Assembly: GCA_965242965.1 (NCBI GenBank)
Contig: OZ251518.1
Coordinates: forward strand, 3,040,001-3,104,000
DNA: 64,000 nt
Direction of reading: 5' to 3'
From: Candidatus Poribacteria bacterium
Lineage (GTDB): Bacteria > Poribacteria > WGA-4E > WGA-3G
The translations under genes and the position numbers were made by a program. Positions 29,598-39,565 of this stretch are shown here, piece after piece; positions within the stretch are counted from its first letter, which is position 1, and each line of letters begins with the position of its first letter. The notes below the pieces were generated by a model. It saw only the letters and a list, made by a program, of their open reading frames with translations, was not told the origin of the DNA and searched no databases.

Positions 29598-31550
29598 TTA
29601 AAGAAACGGGTTATCGGCATCGTAATAATATGATGGCTGCTCAACGGAGACCTGGCTGTCCTTCGTTAAACGGATAAGCGCGGAGAATTGCTCAATAATT
29701 CCTTTCTGTGACAGCCACTCACACGGGAGCTCGAACCAGAGGTTGCGGTGCCCGAAGTGGTCAGCGATGTCGATTATCGTGCGTTCTTCACCCGCTTCCT
29801 CTAGGAAATCTAGCAAGGGTTTGAAGAGCGTCTGCGCCCGGTCCTCCAAGTATGTATCAACTTGGGCAAGCACCTTTCCAAGCATCGCCTCATCTTTCGG
29901 TTTGTCGATGATGTCCGTGAAAACGGCGTTGAAGAAGGATGGGTTGTGCTTGATGGCTTGGTAGATAACCTTCCGTTTCGGCGTTTCGCCGTGCATGAAG
30001 GTTTCGATGCGCGCGAGCTGTCTGATGACATACGTCAAGTAGACAAAAGTATAATCAAAATCGCGCTTGAGGTGAAACCATTTCTCTGCTTTCGCTAAGG
30101 TGGCAGTGGCACCGCCTGCTTCGTTGAGCAGTTGGGTATGTTTATCGCGTTCGCCAATTTCGCTTTTTTGATGCCGGGCGGTAAGGCATCGCGACCGGGA
30201 GGTCTCTCCTACCAGAGGCAATCGAGACCGGGAGGTCTCTCCTACTAGCCATTCAGCGAGCCCCGGTTCTTTGGAGAAGAGGATTTCGCTTTCGGCGAGG
30301 ATTGCGTGGAGTTTGCTTCCCTCCAAAGTCTTTTCCAGCAGCTGCCGATACTCATTACGTGTATAGAGTTTAACCCGAATCGGCACGCTTTCTTCAATTA
30401 ATTGTTGCTCTTCGTGATGAAATCGCGTTCCGTCTCTCAGAATCACGGTGAGATGCGGGGTTGTCTTCTCCCAGACGTTGTCTTCCGCGAGGTCGCTGGT
30501 GAGAATCGCGGCGAGGACATACCGGTCTTGCGCAAGCGTTTCGGTAAGTGTCTCGACTGCATCGTGAATTCGTCGATGGATATCGGCGTTGCTGTATCGA
30601 GACCGGGAGGTCTCTCCTACGGGCTGGGCATCATAATAATACGCCGGCTCCTCCACAGAAACTTGGCTCTTGACAGTCAACTTCATCGGCACCGCGATCT
30701 GCCGGAGGGTGCCTTTCCATGCGAGCCATTGACATACCAACTCCAGAGTCCCTTCGTCGAAACCCGCCTTGAAATGCGCGTTGATTTCGGTGTTGGAGCG
30801 CGGGGCGTTCTGCTCTCGCAGGTAATCCAAAATCGGCTGAAAGATGAACCGCCGTTCGTCAAGGTAAGCGTTGACTGCATCCAGCGTTTCTTGAATGACA
30901 GCCTCGTTTTTCTCGCCGTTGATGAGTTCGGTATAGACACGAGTGAAGAAATCGGGGTTGTAACGGAGCGCGGGCTGAATTACCTCGCGCGCCGGAATTT
31001 CATCGTTGAGTAGCACCTCGATGCGCGCTAATCCTTGCACCACGTCCAACAACGTGAGAAAGCAGGTGACGACATCGCGATTGACGTAGAACTGCTTCTC
31101 GGCATAAATGAGGTTCGGCAGGGTGCTAGCGACGACGTTCAGCAGTTGGAGTTGCTTATCGCGCTCACCGATGCCGTGGCGATTGGCGTTTTTGTCATAC
31201 CATTCGCGGATCGATGCGTCGCGTGAGAAGAGGAGCGTGCTGTGCGAGAAGTAGGAGTGCATGAAAGAGCCTTGCTGCGCGCCTTCGATTCGTTGCTTAA
31301 AGGCGTTGCGCGGGCTTAAAGAGGCGTGAATGTTGACACCGTTTTCCACCAGCGCGAAGAAATCTAGCGTCGGCCGGATGCCGTCCCTGCCGATGATGTC
31401 CACATCCAGGTCAGATTTTTCCCAGACTTGTGCGTAGGAGAAACTGCCCGCGACGATGACAGCGAGGATATAAGGGTCCCCTTTGATCTTTTCGACGAGA
31501 GTCTCAACTGCTTCGTGGTATTGTTGTTCGATGACATCTTGGGATTTCAT
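29598..31550 (-). CDS. Tandem-duplicated Pol-beta-type nucleotidyltransferase-like protein (YgxA-like)
   Basis: First half has AGSF...SDLDV (GS...DxD). The second half is homologous (both end QVSVE[EQ]PxYYYDA) but its motif is degenerate. Confidence 0.65.
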   Translation of the reverse strand: MKSQDVIEQQYHEAVETLVEKIKGDPYILAVIVAGSFSYAQVWEKSDLDVDIIGRDGIRPTLDFFALVENGVNIHASLSPRNAFKQRIEGAQQGSFMHSYFSHSTLLFSRDASIREWYDKNANRHGIGERDKQLQLLNVVASTLPNLIYAEKQFYVNRDVVTCFLTLLDVVQGLARIEVLLNDEIPAREVIQPALRYNPDFFTRVYTELINGEKNEAVIQETLDAVNAYLDERRFIFQPILDYLREQNAPRSNTEINAHFKAGFDEGTLELVCQWLAWKGTLRQIAVPMKLTVKSQVSVEEPAYYYDAQPVGETSRSRYSNADIHRRIHDAVETLTETLAQDRYVLAAILTSDLAEDNVWEKTTPHLTVILRDGTRFHHEEQQLIEESVPIRVKLYTRNEYRQLLEKTLEGSKLHAILAESEILFSKEPGLAEWLVGETSRSRLPLVGETSRSRCLTARHQKSEIGERDKHTQLLNEAGGATATLAKAEKWFHLKRDFDYTFVYLTYVIRQLARIETFMHGETPKRKVIYQAIKHNPSFFNAVFTDIIDKPKDEAMLGKVLAQVDTYLEDRAQTLFKPLLDFLEEAGEERTIIDIADHFGHRNLWFELPCEWLSQKGIIEQFSALIRLTKDSQVSVEQPSYYYDADNPFL

Positions 31551-31862
31551 GAGGATTCTCCTATTTTGTGTTTCTGTGGACGCAGCGCGGCCGCGAGGCG
31601 AGATGTTTCAATTATTAATTATATCATATATGCGTTAAGAATGCAAGGAAAAATGGGGTATAGTGTTTAAAGAAGAATCGGGAGATGAGGTCAAGATTGG
31701 GCGATCTTGCGCTACAGAGGCGAGACCGGTCAGCTGCGAGAGAAACACCCTGACGAACCGAGGCGCGGTTGCAAACACCTTATGAACAGCATGGCGAGGG
31801 GAACCCGCTCGCATGCGCGTGTGGCATGCGAGGGCCCTCGCCCTACGAAAAAAAAGGGAACG

Positions 31863-32618
31863 TTATCGTCCTTTCAGCGCGCCCCAGGTCGTCGCTGATT
31901 TGCCTGAAGGCGAGACAGCGAGCGCAGTCTCCCAACCCTCTTCGGCGAGGAATTGGATATCCTCTTCCTCAAGCGCAACGCCTTTCTTGGAGATGAAAAC
32001 CTCGTCTAAACCGCCGATGAGGTTCTCACTGCCCCATCCGCCGAATTTGAGTGGTGCCGGGTTGTCCATGTTCGCGCCGACATTCCGCTCAGTGTCCTTT
32101 TTGCCATTGACATACAGGGAGATAACGCCTTTCCGCCGCACGGCGACGGTGTGATGCCATCCTTGCTCGACAATCTCGGTTTTGCCATCGTCGATGTGTT
32201 GCCCGCCGCCCTCAAAAATGAAAACGCCGGAATCCCTGTCAATGCTAGAGCTCATCGCCCAGAATCCCGCACCGCCGTTGCGTTTGATGACGACGTAGGC
32301 ATCTAAATTCTGCGAGTCCATCCAACATCCGACGGTGAAGTCGTCGTCCTCAAAATTGAAAAGATCATTGTGTTCAATGATGACATACTTGGGGCTGCCA
32401 TCGAACTCCAACGCCTTGCCAAACTTGCCGTCGATCCATTTGGGGCCATCGAATTCGCCATCGTTGCCGTTGTCGGTGAGGTCCTTCGCGATATTGCCTT
32501 TGCCTTCATCGAAGAGCCATACGCCGGCGAAGTCGTCCAAGTTAATTTCGGCGTGGCTGAGAGAGACAGCGATGAGGCTGAGCGCGACGAAATTGATAAA
32601 CAGATTGCGAAATTTCAT
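31863..32618 (-). CDS. Secreted LamG-like jellyroll protein
   Basis: Signal peptide, WLFDEGKG, GKFGKALEFDG, WHH, LYVNG, GGLDEV; C-terminus AVSPSGKSATTWGALK. Confidence 0.85.
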   Translation of the reverse strand: MKFRNLFINFVALSLIAVSLSHAEINLDDFAGVWLFDEGKGNIAKDLTDNGNDGEFDGPKWIDGKFGKALEFDGSPKYVIIEHNDLFNFEDDDFTVGCWMDSQNLDAYVVIKRNGGAGFWAMSSSIDRDSGVFIFEGGGQHIDDGKTEIVEQGWHHTVAVRRKGVISLYVNGKKDTERNVGANMDNPAPLKFGGWGSENLIGGLDEVFISKKGVALEEEDIQFLAEEGWETALAVSPSGKSATTWGALKGR

Positions 32619-32760
32619 ATTTATTCCTCCGTTTGTAAAGTATTGAGTAGGTGCAGTTTCAAACCGCACCTACCGGGTAATAGGATACTCCGGTGTGCGC
32701 GATTGGCAACCGCGCACCGGAGTCGTAGCCCTTTCTCCGCCGTGAAAACGCGCCGTTGGA

Positions 32761-32955
32761 TTATTGACGTTTTTTCTCGGGAGGCTGCTGTGCCCGCTGG
32801 TTTCTCAGTTCGGTGACAAGCACTTCCAGTTCGGCGATGCGTTGTTCCAATAGAGGCACTTTTGCAGCCTCAATTTCCAATTCGGTGTTGCGGTTTATTA
32901 ACCGCTCACGTTCTCTGATTTTGAATAACACTTTTTGAATTCCCCATGTGATCAA
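32761..32955 (-). pseudogene. 5'-truncated membrane-anchored coiled-coil ORF
   Basis: The frame reads TLVLLAALITWGIQKVLFKIRERERL...; its upstream part is replaced by a REP cluster. Confidence 0.35.
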
Positions 32956-32990
32956 TGCGGCAAGTAAAACGAGGGTGTTTCATAACTCCC

Positions 32991-33590
32991 CGTAGGAGAG
33001 ACCTCCTGGTCTCGATGCAATAGGACGGCGCGCCTACCGGGGCAGCGGCGGCAGAAAGCCCCTCTTCATCGTAGGGCGAGGGCCTGTCCCTCGCCATCGT
33101 CCGCGCACTCCAACGATCGCGGGGGAAACCCGCTCGGATGCGCGTATGGCATCCGAGGGCCCCCGCACGAAGAAAAAACGTCTCTTAGGTCCGTAGGACC
33201 TGAATGTCTATAGCACGTGAGGCTGCGAGGAACGCTAAGGTCCTTTAGGTCCTTAATAGATTTTGCCCTGCGGCGCGTGTTTTTTATTAAGGACCTAAAG
33301 GACCTTGGAAACGGGACCGGCACGTTTTTCTATAGACATGTAGGTCCTAAAGGACCTAAAACGCCACCTCTTGACGATAGAGATCGCGGGGGACAGGCCC
33401 CCGCGCTACGGTAACGGGAGGGTTTCTTGGACGAAAAACAGTCCCCCTTCTCCGTAGGGCGAGGGCCTGTCCCTCGCCGTGCTTCGGTCTACCGGACATT
33501 CGCGGGGGACAGGCCCCCGCGCTACGGGTCCTGGCATCTCTTTAGCCTGTTTTTATCTCTACGTAGGAGAGACTTCCTGGTCTCGATTTT
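32991..33590. repeat. Large composite REP cluster
   Basis: Bounded by GTAGGAGAGAC[CT]TCCTGGTCTCG copies; contains several GGGGGACAGGCCCCC, GAGGGCCTGTCCCTC and AGGTCCT/AGGACCT elements. Confidence 0.85.
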
Positions 33591-33609
33591 TTAGGCGCGC
33601 GGCATCTCT

Positions 33610-34692
33610 TTAGTTTTTTTCGATCTCCACCGAGTTCCCAGCTGCTGCGGATGCGTAAATCGCATCGGTGATTTTTTGGACGACGAGTGCCTGCTCAAGA
33701 CTTGTCATCGGTTGCCGATTTTCACGGATAGCGGCGGCGAAGTCGGCTAACGGTGTTTCGTGCTTCGTTTCAGCACTCGTGCGGTTGCGGAACTCCTCGA
33801 TGATATTTAGCGGCAGGCGTTCGGTATCCACGCCGTCCTCGGTTCTCGTCTCGTTGTAGATAATTCGTTCGGGATACCGGCTCCCCATGTTGAGGGCAAG
33901 GGAGCCTTCTGTGCCGATGATGCGCCAATCGTCATGCGAGTCGGCAGTCGTGTATTCGCCGCGTTCCATGCTGATAACGACACCGTTTTCACACCGAATG
34001 AGCGCGGCGTAGTGCGTCTCCGCATCGGAGCCGGGGGCAATGTGTGGCTCAAACACCGGCGGCACCGTCCATGTCTGTGCAAACGCAGTCTTCGGTTGAA
34101 GCTGCCATCCTGTAAGCCCGAGGAGGTAGTCGATGTCGTAGCATCCCCAGTTGACAAGGATGCCGCCGCCGTTGAGTGCCTTCATCAACCGCCATGCCGG
34201 GCGCGGTGTCTCCGGTTGCTCTTTCGCGCTGAGGACAGCACGACAGTAGACGGTGCGGAGTTCGCCTAACTTCCCGCGGGCGATAATATCCGTTGCGATG
34301 CGCGCCGATTCGGTGAACCGCTTGCGAGAGGAACAGCACGCCGATGTCAATTCCCCACGAGCCGCGATGAGCTGACGCACCTCGGCGGCGTTCATCGCAA
34401 TCGGTTTCTCTATCAGGACATGCTTGCCTTTGTTGAACGCGCGCAATGCCATCTCCGTGCGTTGCTGCGTCGGAAAGGCGAGGACGACTGCCTCAATTTC
34501 ATCGTCATTGAGCAATTCTTCGCCGTTTGCGTAGAGTTTCGGTGGATTGAAGCGTTCGGCGGCGCGCTGGCGGTTCGCTGCAACCAAATCTGCCGCAGCG
34601 ACGAGTTCTATATGCGGTGCCTCTGTGGCGATACTCAGATGCCTGCTGCCGATGACACCGCAGCCGATAATGCCGACTTTTACGGGTTTCAT
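33610..34692 (-). CDS. Gfo/Idh/MocA family oxidoreductase
   Basis: GIIGCGVIG, HVLIEKP, GGGILVNWGCY. Confidence 0.88.
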   Translation of the reverse strand: MKPVKVGIIGCGVIGSRHLSIATEAPHIELVAAADLVAANRQRAAERFNPPKLYANGEELLNDDEIEAVVLAFPTQQRTEMALRAFNKGKHVLIEKPIAMNAAEVRQLIAARGELTSACCSSRKRFTESARIATDIIARGKLGELRTVYCRAVLSAKEQPETPRPAWRLMKALNGGGILVNWGCYDIDYLLGLTGWQLQPKTAFAQTWTVPPVFEPHIAPGSDAETHYAALIRCENGVVISMERGEYTTADSHDDWRIIGTEGSLALNMGSRYPERIIYNETRTEDGVDTERLPLNIIEEFRNRTSAETKHETPLADFAAAIRENRQPMTSLEQALVVQKITDAIYASAAAGNSVEIEKN

Positions 34693-34701
34693 AAGGTTCT
34701 C

Positions 34702-35493
34702 CTATCGCGCCGCTTTGAGTTGTCCCCATCGCGTCGCAAGTTTGCCGCGAGGTTCAACCGGGAGTCCCTCCGCCTCAAAAATCTGTTTGACTTCATCGGC
34801 TGAGAGTGCCTTGTTGTAAATCATCACTTCGTCAATGATACCGACAAAGCCGCCATCACCGGCATGCCCAATCTCGGTTTCCGAACCGGTGGTAGCCATC
34901 GGGCCGTTGTAATTCTGCTCTGTCTCTAATTCGCCATCAACGTAGAGCAACATATCCTTATTATTGACGACACCGACGAGGTGATGCCATTCGCCTTTGT
35001 TAAAAGCGGCGGCACCGAAACCGCCATCGCCTTGCCAACCGGGTTGCACGATAAATTCCATCTCTTGTCCGGCATTTCTGCCATCAAACCGCAATGCCCA
35101 GCCGTTGACATCGCGCTGCGCGACGATGGTGCCGCAACACCCGGCGACAACGCCTTGGACAGGACTATCGCTGTCGGCGTTTACCCAAGCGACAACGCTC
35201 ATCTCTTCCGCGCCCGCAAATTCTAGCGAAGCGGTGCCGGGAATGTGGACAGAATTCTCGCCGTCGAATTCCAATGCCATCCCAACTTTACCGGCGACAG
35301 ATTTCGGATTTTTGGTGAGTTCGCCATCGTTATCGCCTAAAATGTCTTCTACGGTGTTGCCGGTGATGGTGCCGTCGTCAAAGGGCCAATAACTGACGAC
35401 TCCGTCTAGCGGCAGTTGTGCTTGTGTCATCGGCGCGCTCACGCAAAGCACGGCGATGCAGATGATGGAAAGGGTTGATATTTTTATGGACAT
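34702..35493 (-). CDS. Secreted LamG-like jellyroll protein
   Basis: VSYWPFD, GKVGMALEFDG, WHHLVGV, LYVDG, GIIDEV; C-terminus PVEPRGKLATRWGQLK. Confidence 0.85.
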   Translation of the reverse strand: MSIKISTLSIICIAVLCVSAPMTQAQLPLDGVVSYWPFDDGTITGNTVEDILGDNDGELTKNPKSVAGKVGMALEFDGENSVHIPGTASLEFAGAEEMSVVAWVNADSDSPVQGVVAGCCGTIVAQRDVNGWALRFDGRNAGQEMEFIVQPGWQGDGGFGAAAFNKGEWHHLVGVVNNKDMLLYVDGELETEQNYNGPMATTGSETEIGHAGDGGFVGIIDEVMIYNKALSADEVKQIFEAEGLPVEPRGKLATRWGQLKAAR

Positions 35494-35641
35494 GGGTGGG
35501 TATCTCCTTAAATGGGCGGTTATAGTTATCCGCCTTTATGAAATGGCGGGGGACAGGCCCCCGCCCTACGAGCCGAGAAGGTGCGCGTCTAGAAGGCGGG
35601 GGACAGGCCCCCGCGCTACGGGCCAGGAAGATGCGTTCAGA

Positions 35642-36427
35642 TTAATACTGCGCTTTGACGTTCGCCCAGGTGGTAGGCAGTTTGTCCGCCGGTTCAACAG
35701 GTGTCAAAAGCGATGCAGACAAGCCGTTTTCCACCAACGTCTGGATGTCGTCGGCACCTAAGGCAACGTTGAAAATGGCGACTTCGTCGATGATAGCGTT
35801 GCCGAAGCGGCCATCGCAACACGTATCCCTGCCGATGTAGAGTGGGCCGTCGTCGGCATCGATTGCATCGGTGTTGAGAGTCATCGTGCTTTCGGCGACA
35901 CCGTCGATGTAGATATTCCACTCGCCGGTCGCGCTGTCAAACGTGGCGGTATAGAGGTGCCACTCGGTGATGTCGTCCGGTCCGACTTCGCCGTCGCGCC
36001 ACTCGCCGGGTTTATTCCAACACCCGCCGTTACAAATGGGCCATGAGACGTTTTTCGTATCGGCGTTAGGGTGGATGATGTAGGCGTTCCGCTTTTCAAC
36101 GAACCAGCCGTGCTGCGCCCAGGTTTCTGTCATGCTTTTCACCCAGATAGAGACGGTGATTGCATCGGTAGGGTTCACATGCGCGGGGACTTCAACATAA
36201 GCCCCTACGCCGTCAAGTTCCAGCGCGCCGCCGAATTTGCCGCTCACCCATTTCGGGCTGCCCATCAGTGCAGCATCGAGCCCGCTATCGGAGGAATCCG
36301 TGGCAACATCGCCGCTGCCTTCGTCAAAAAGCCACAAGCCTGTCACGTTGCTCATATCCAATTCCGCGTGGGATATGGAAGCGGTGAGTAAGCAACTGAG
36401 GGTTACAAAGGTTAAAAGCGTTTTCAT
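35642..36427 (-). CDS. Secreted LamG-like jellyroll protein
   Basis: WLFDEGSG, GKFGGALELDG, IYIDG, IIDEVAIFN; C-terminus PVEPADKLPTTWANVK. Start is ATG 36427. Confidence 0.85.
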   Translation of the reverse strand: MKTLLTFVTLSCLLTASISHAELDMSNVTGLWLFDEGSGDVATDSSDSGLDAALMGSPKWVSGKFGGALELDGVGAYVEVPAHVNPTDAITVSIWVKSMTETWAQHGWFVEKRNAYIIHPNADTKNVSWPICNGGCWNKPGEWRDGEVGPDDITEWHLYTATFDSATGEWNIYIDGVAESTMTLNTDAIDADDGPLYIGRDTCCDGRFGNAIIDEVAIFNVALGADDIQTLVENGLSASLLTPVEPADKLPTTWANVKAQY

Positions 36428-36576
36428 GAAATCAAATCTCCTACTTGAGAGACAGGACGCAGCTAGGTAGGGGGGCAAACCGCCCCTACGGGGTTCAATC
36501 TGCATCCAGCCTATTGGTTAAAGTTAGCGTTCAGAACAACATTTGACAGATATTATCGCATATTGTTCAATTGATG

Positions 36577-37440
36577 TCAATCAAAAAATAGATATTCCAA
36601 CAACCGCGCGCCATCGCGAAAATCGGGGATGATGATGTCGGCACCGGCACGGATAAGGCGTTCCCGTTTATCGGCGTTCATGTTGTAAACGTTGTCCTCA
36701 ATAGATGCAACACCGACGGCAATCGCGCCGACAGATTTGGCGTTCTCAATCTCCACATATCCATCGCCGACGATGAGGAGTTCGCTGCCTTGAAGCCCGA
36801 AATCGGTGAGAATTTTCTGGATAACCATCGCTTTAGAGAACTTCTGATATTCGCGTAGTGCGCCGAAGATGCCGCCGTTGAAAAAGTCGGCAACGCCGAG
36901 GAGTGCGGCTTCGTTCCGGACGAATTCGACATCGGTGCCGCTGGCGAGGTAGCAGGTGATGCCCATTTCGCGAAGGCTTCGCAAAAATTCAAGTGACATC
37001 GGTACACGGAGAGGTTCAGCGGAAAGTGTGCCGGCGGCGAGCCCGGCAATCCGTTCCTCAACGACAGGGAGCAATCGACGGTTATATGCGTCTTTATAGG
37101 CGAGCGGTTCTTGCGGTGTGCCGCCGCGTTTTGTGATTTCTTCGCCTAACTGCATCATCTGATAGATGGTCTGCTTGCCTGTCAGCCTATCCACAAATTC
37201 GACGACGAGGGACTCTAATGCCGCGCGCGTTTCGGTGGTATCGGTTTCGGTTTGGAGGAAGTCCACCATCATCGGCACCATGACGTTCTGCCAGCCGTCT
37301 CGGATGAGGGAAATAGTGCCGTCAAAGTCAAAGACGACGTGGCTGATGTTGTCAATCTCAATTTCGCGGTCAATTTCGCGATGGATTTCGATTGCGGTTC
37401 CGTTTAAGGTGTGATATGCGTTTTGCACTGTTGTTTGCAC
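36577..37440 (-). CDS. HAD-superfamily hydrolase
   Basis: FDFDGT motif I, ASGT, K, VGDGYVEI. Confidence 0.85.
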   Translation of the reverse strand: MQTTVQNAYHTLNGTAIEIHREIDREIEIDNISHVVFDFDGTISLIRDGWQNVMVPMMVDFLQTETDTTETRAALESLVVEFVDRLTGKQTIYQMMQLGEEITKRGGTPQEPLAYKDAYNRRLLPVVEERIAGLAAGTLSAEPLRVPMSLEFLRSLREMGITCYLASGTDVEFVRNEAALLGVADFFNGGIFGALREYQKFSKAMVIQKILTDFGLQGSELLIVGDGYVEIENAKSVGAIAVGVASIEDNVYNMNADKRERLIRAGADIIIPDFRDGARLLEYLFFD

Positions 37441-37489
37441 TGTGTCTCCTTTGGGATAGTTAATAGGGGGTGTTTTATAGTTCGCTCAA

Positions 37490-38012
37490 CGTTACGGTGA
37501 CAGGCCCCGCGCTACGATAAAAAACGCCACCCCTTCACCGTAGGGCGAGGGCCTGTCCCTCGCCATGCGTTTTGGTGTCAGACCACATCACCCCCGTAGG
37601 TCAAGATCGCCTGATCTTGACCTGTTTGTGATCAGGCGATCACAAACTACAGAGGTGGAAACACACATCGTGACGATGGTGCTCGCGGGGGCCTGTCCCC
37701 CGCGCTACGATAAAAAACGCTCCCCCTCACCGTAGGGCGAGGCCTGTCCCTCGCCATCGTCCGCGCACTCCAACGCTCGCGGGGGACAGGCCCCCGCGCT
37801 ACGAATAAAACGGTTCTTGAACGCTCGCGGGGGACAGGCCCCCGCGCTACGATAAAAAACGGTTCTTGAACCATCGCGGGGGAAACCCTCTCGGATGCGC
37901 GTGTGGCATCCGAGGGGCCCCGCGCTACGGGAACATCGAGCCCCGAGGGCTCTCCTACCGAGGGGAGTCGAGACCTGGAGGGCTATTGCATCGAGACAGG
38001 GAAGTCTCTTCT
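37490..38012. repeat. Large composite REP cluster
   Basis: Multiple CGCGGGGGACAGGCCCCCGCGCTAC copies, GTAGGGCGAGG..CCTCGCC, GTAGGTCAAGATC..GATCTTGACC, and a CTCGGATGCGCG..GGCATCCGAG element also seen at about 33135 and (variant) 31808. Confidence 0.85.
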
Positions 38013-38135
38013 CAATAGCGTTTTCCCTATTATACACGCGCTTGCTGAAAAAATGCAACTTAAAAATGGTTTTTCGAGTATAATACCCTTCAGAAACTTA
38101 ATCAAACCATTTTTTGCAGTAGGCATAGACAACGC

Positions 38136-39023
38136 ATGAACGAAAAAGAGATTCTCAAAAAAATTCGGCGCATTGACATTTTTACAAACCGGCTCGTGAA
38201 CACCGTGTTTGCAGGCGAATACCACAGCGTCTTCAAAGGACAAGGGATTACCTTTGACGAAGTGCGCGAATATCAGGCTGGCGACGAGGTGCGGACGATT
38301 GATTGGAACGTCACGGCGCGCATGGGACAGGCATACATTAAAAAATACGTCGAAGAACGTGAGCTCGTGATGATGCTAGTTGTCGATATGAGTGCCTCAA
38401 CGATGTTCGGGAGTGTCACCGAGACGAAGGCGGAGATTGCCGCCGAACTCGCCGCGCTGCTCGCCTTTTCCGCCATTAAAAACAATGACAAAGTGGGACT
38501 TATCTGCTTTACCGATTCGGTTGAGCACTACGTCGCGCCGCGGAAAGGGAAGAGACATGTCCTGCGCGTTGTTCGGGATATCCTCCAGTGGCACGAGCGC
38601 GGGACTGCAGGTAAAGCGACGAACATCGCCGAGGCGTTGGCGTTCACGGCGCGGGTTCTCAAACCGCACGGCGTGGTGTTTCTCATCTCCGATTTTCAGG
38701 ACACCGGCTATGAGAAGCAGTTGCGGCTCATCGGCAAACGGCACTCGCTCATCGCGATGACTCTCCAAGATAGGCGCGAGACAGAACTGCCCAACGTGGG
38801 ATTGATAGCGTTGCAAGATGCCGAGACAGGAGAGAGTGTCGTCGTTGACACGCGTTCGGCACAGGCGCGGCAATTGTATGCGGAACTGAAGCAGCGCGCC
38901 GAGGCGGAACGTCGGCACATTTTTCGGGAAAGTCAGGTAGATAACATTGATATCCGCACGGATGAACCGTATGTCAAGCCGCTGCTCCGATTTTTCCGTC
39001 AGCGTGGCGCGCGGCGTTTGTAA
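38136..39023 (+). CDS. DUF58 (MoxR-associated vWA-like) protein
   Basis: GEYHSVFKGQG.FDEVREY..GD, IDWNVTAR, LVVDMSAS, FLISDF. Confidence 0.9.
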   Translation: MNEKEILKKIRRIDIFTNRLVNTVFAGEYHSVFKGQGITFDEVREYQAGDEVRTIDWNVTARMGQAYIKKYVEERELVMMLVVDMSASTMFGSVTETKAEIAAELAALLAFSAIKNNDKVGLICFTDSVEHYVAPRKGKRHVLRVVRDILQWHERGTAGKATNIAEALAFTARVLKPHGVVFLISDFQDTGYEKQLRLIGKRHSLIAMTLQDRRETELPNVGLIALQDAETGESVVVDTRSAQARQLYAELKQRAEAERRHIFRESQVDNIDIRTDEPYVKPLLRFFRQRGARRL

Positions 39024-39029
39024 GACACG

Positions 39030-39557
39030 ATAATCCTGCTCAATCTTGCTAATTGTGATAATCTTGTATAATCTTGTATAATCTTGTAAATCCTGCTTAA
39101 TCTTGTAAATCCTGCTCAGTCTTGTAAATCTGAACAGGATTATCACGATTACCACGATTTACCACGATTAGCACTCCGATGTACCGATACAGTTCTGGCA
39201 TGCCACGACAGCCCAGGTTATCAAAAACCTAATCTTGCTCATCTTGCTCAATCTTGTAAATCCGGAGCAGGATTATCACGATTTCCACGATTTACCACGA
39301 TTAGGAGCAGGATTATCACGATGAGCAAGATTATAGATGCTGATGCACCAACACCCCGTGGCCTGCCAAAACCGCGCCGGCGCACCAGAAACCTAATCCT
39401 GTGAAATCCTGCTCAATCTTGTAAAGCGGGACGATCAGGAAAACCTGAAGAGGGACAATCAGGGAAACCTGATTGTCTTGACAGGCGTAACCCTGTAAAA
39501 TCTTGCTCAATCTTGTATAATCTTGTAAATCCTGCTCAATCCTGCTCAATCCTGCTT
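39030..39557. repeat. AATCYTG / CA[GC]GATT short-unit repeat field
   Basis: Many 9-10-nt units in alternating orientation, separated by unique segments of about 55-70 nt. Confidence 0.85.
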
Positions 39558-39565
39558 ACCCGCTT

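Noticed and set aside
535-38058. Short ORFs within repeat clusters (e.g. 535-777, 25760-25999, 29368-29677, 33066-33414, 37647-38058) and ORF-track N-terminal extensions of larB, the LamG genes and uvrA
   Set aside because: These are translations of REP sequences (RGPVPR, GQAPALR, RDLPVS) without an RBS, and better starts with an RBS exist downstream.
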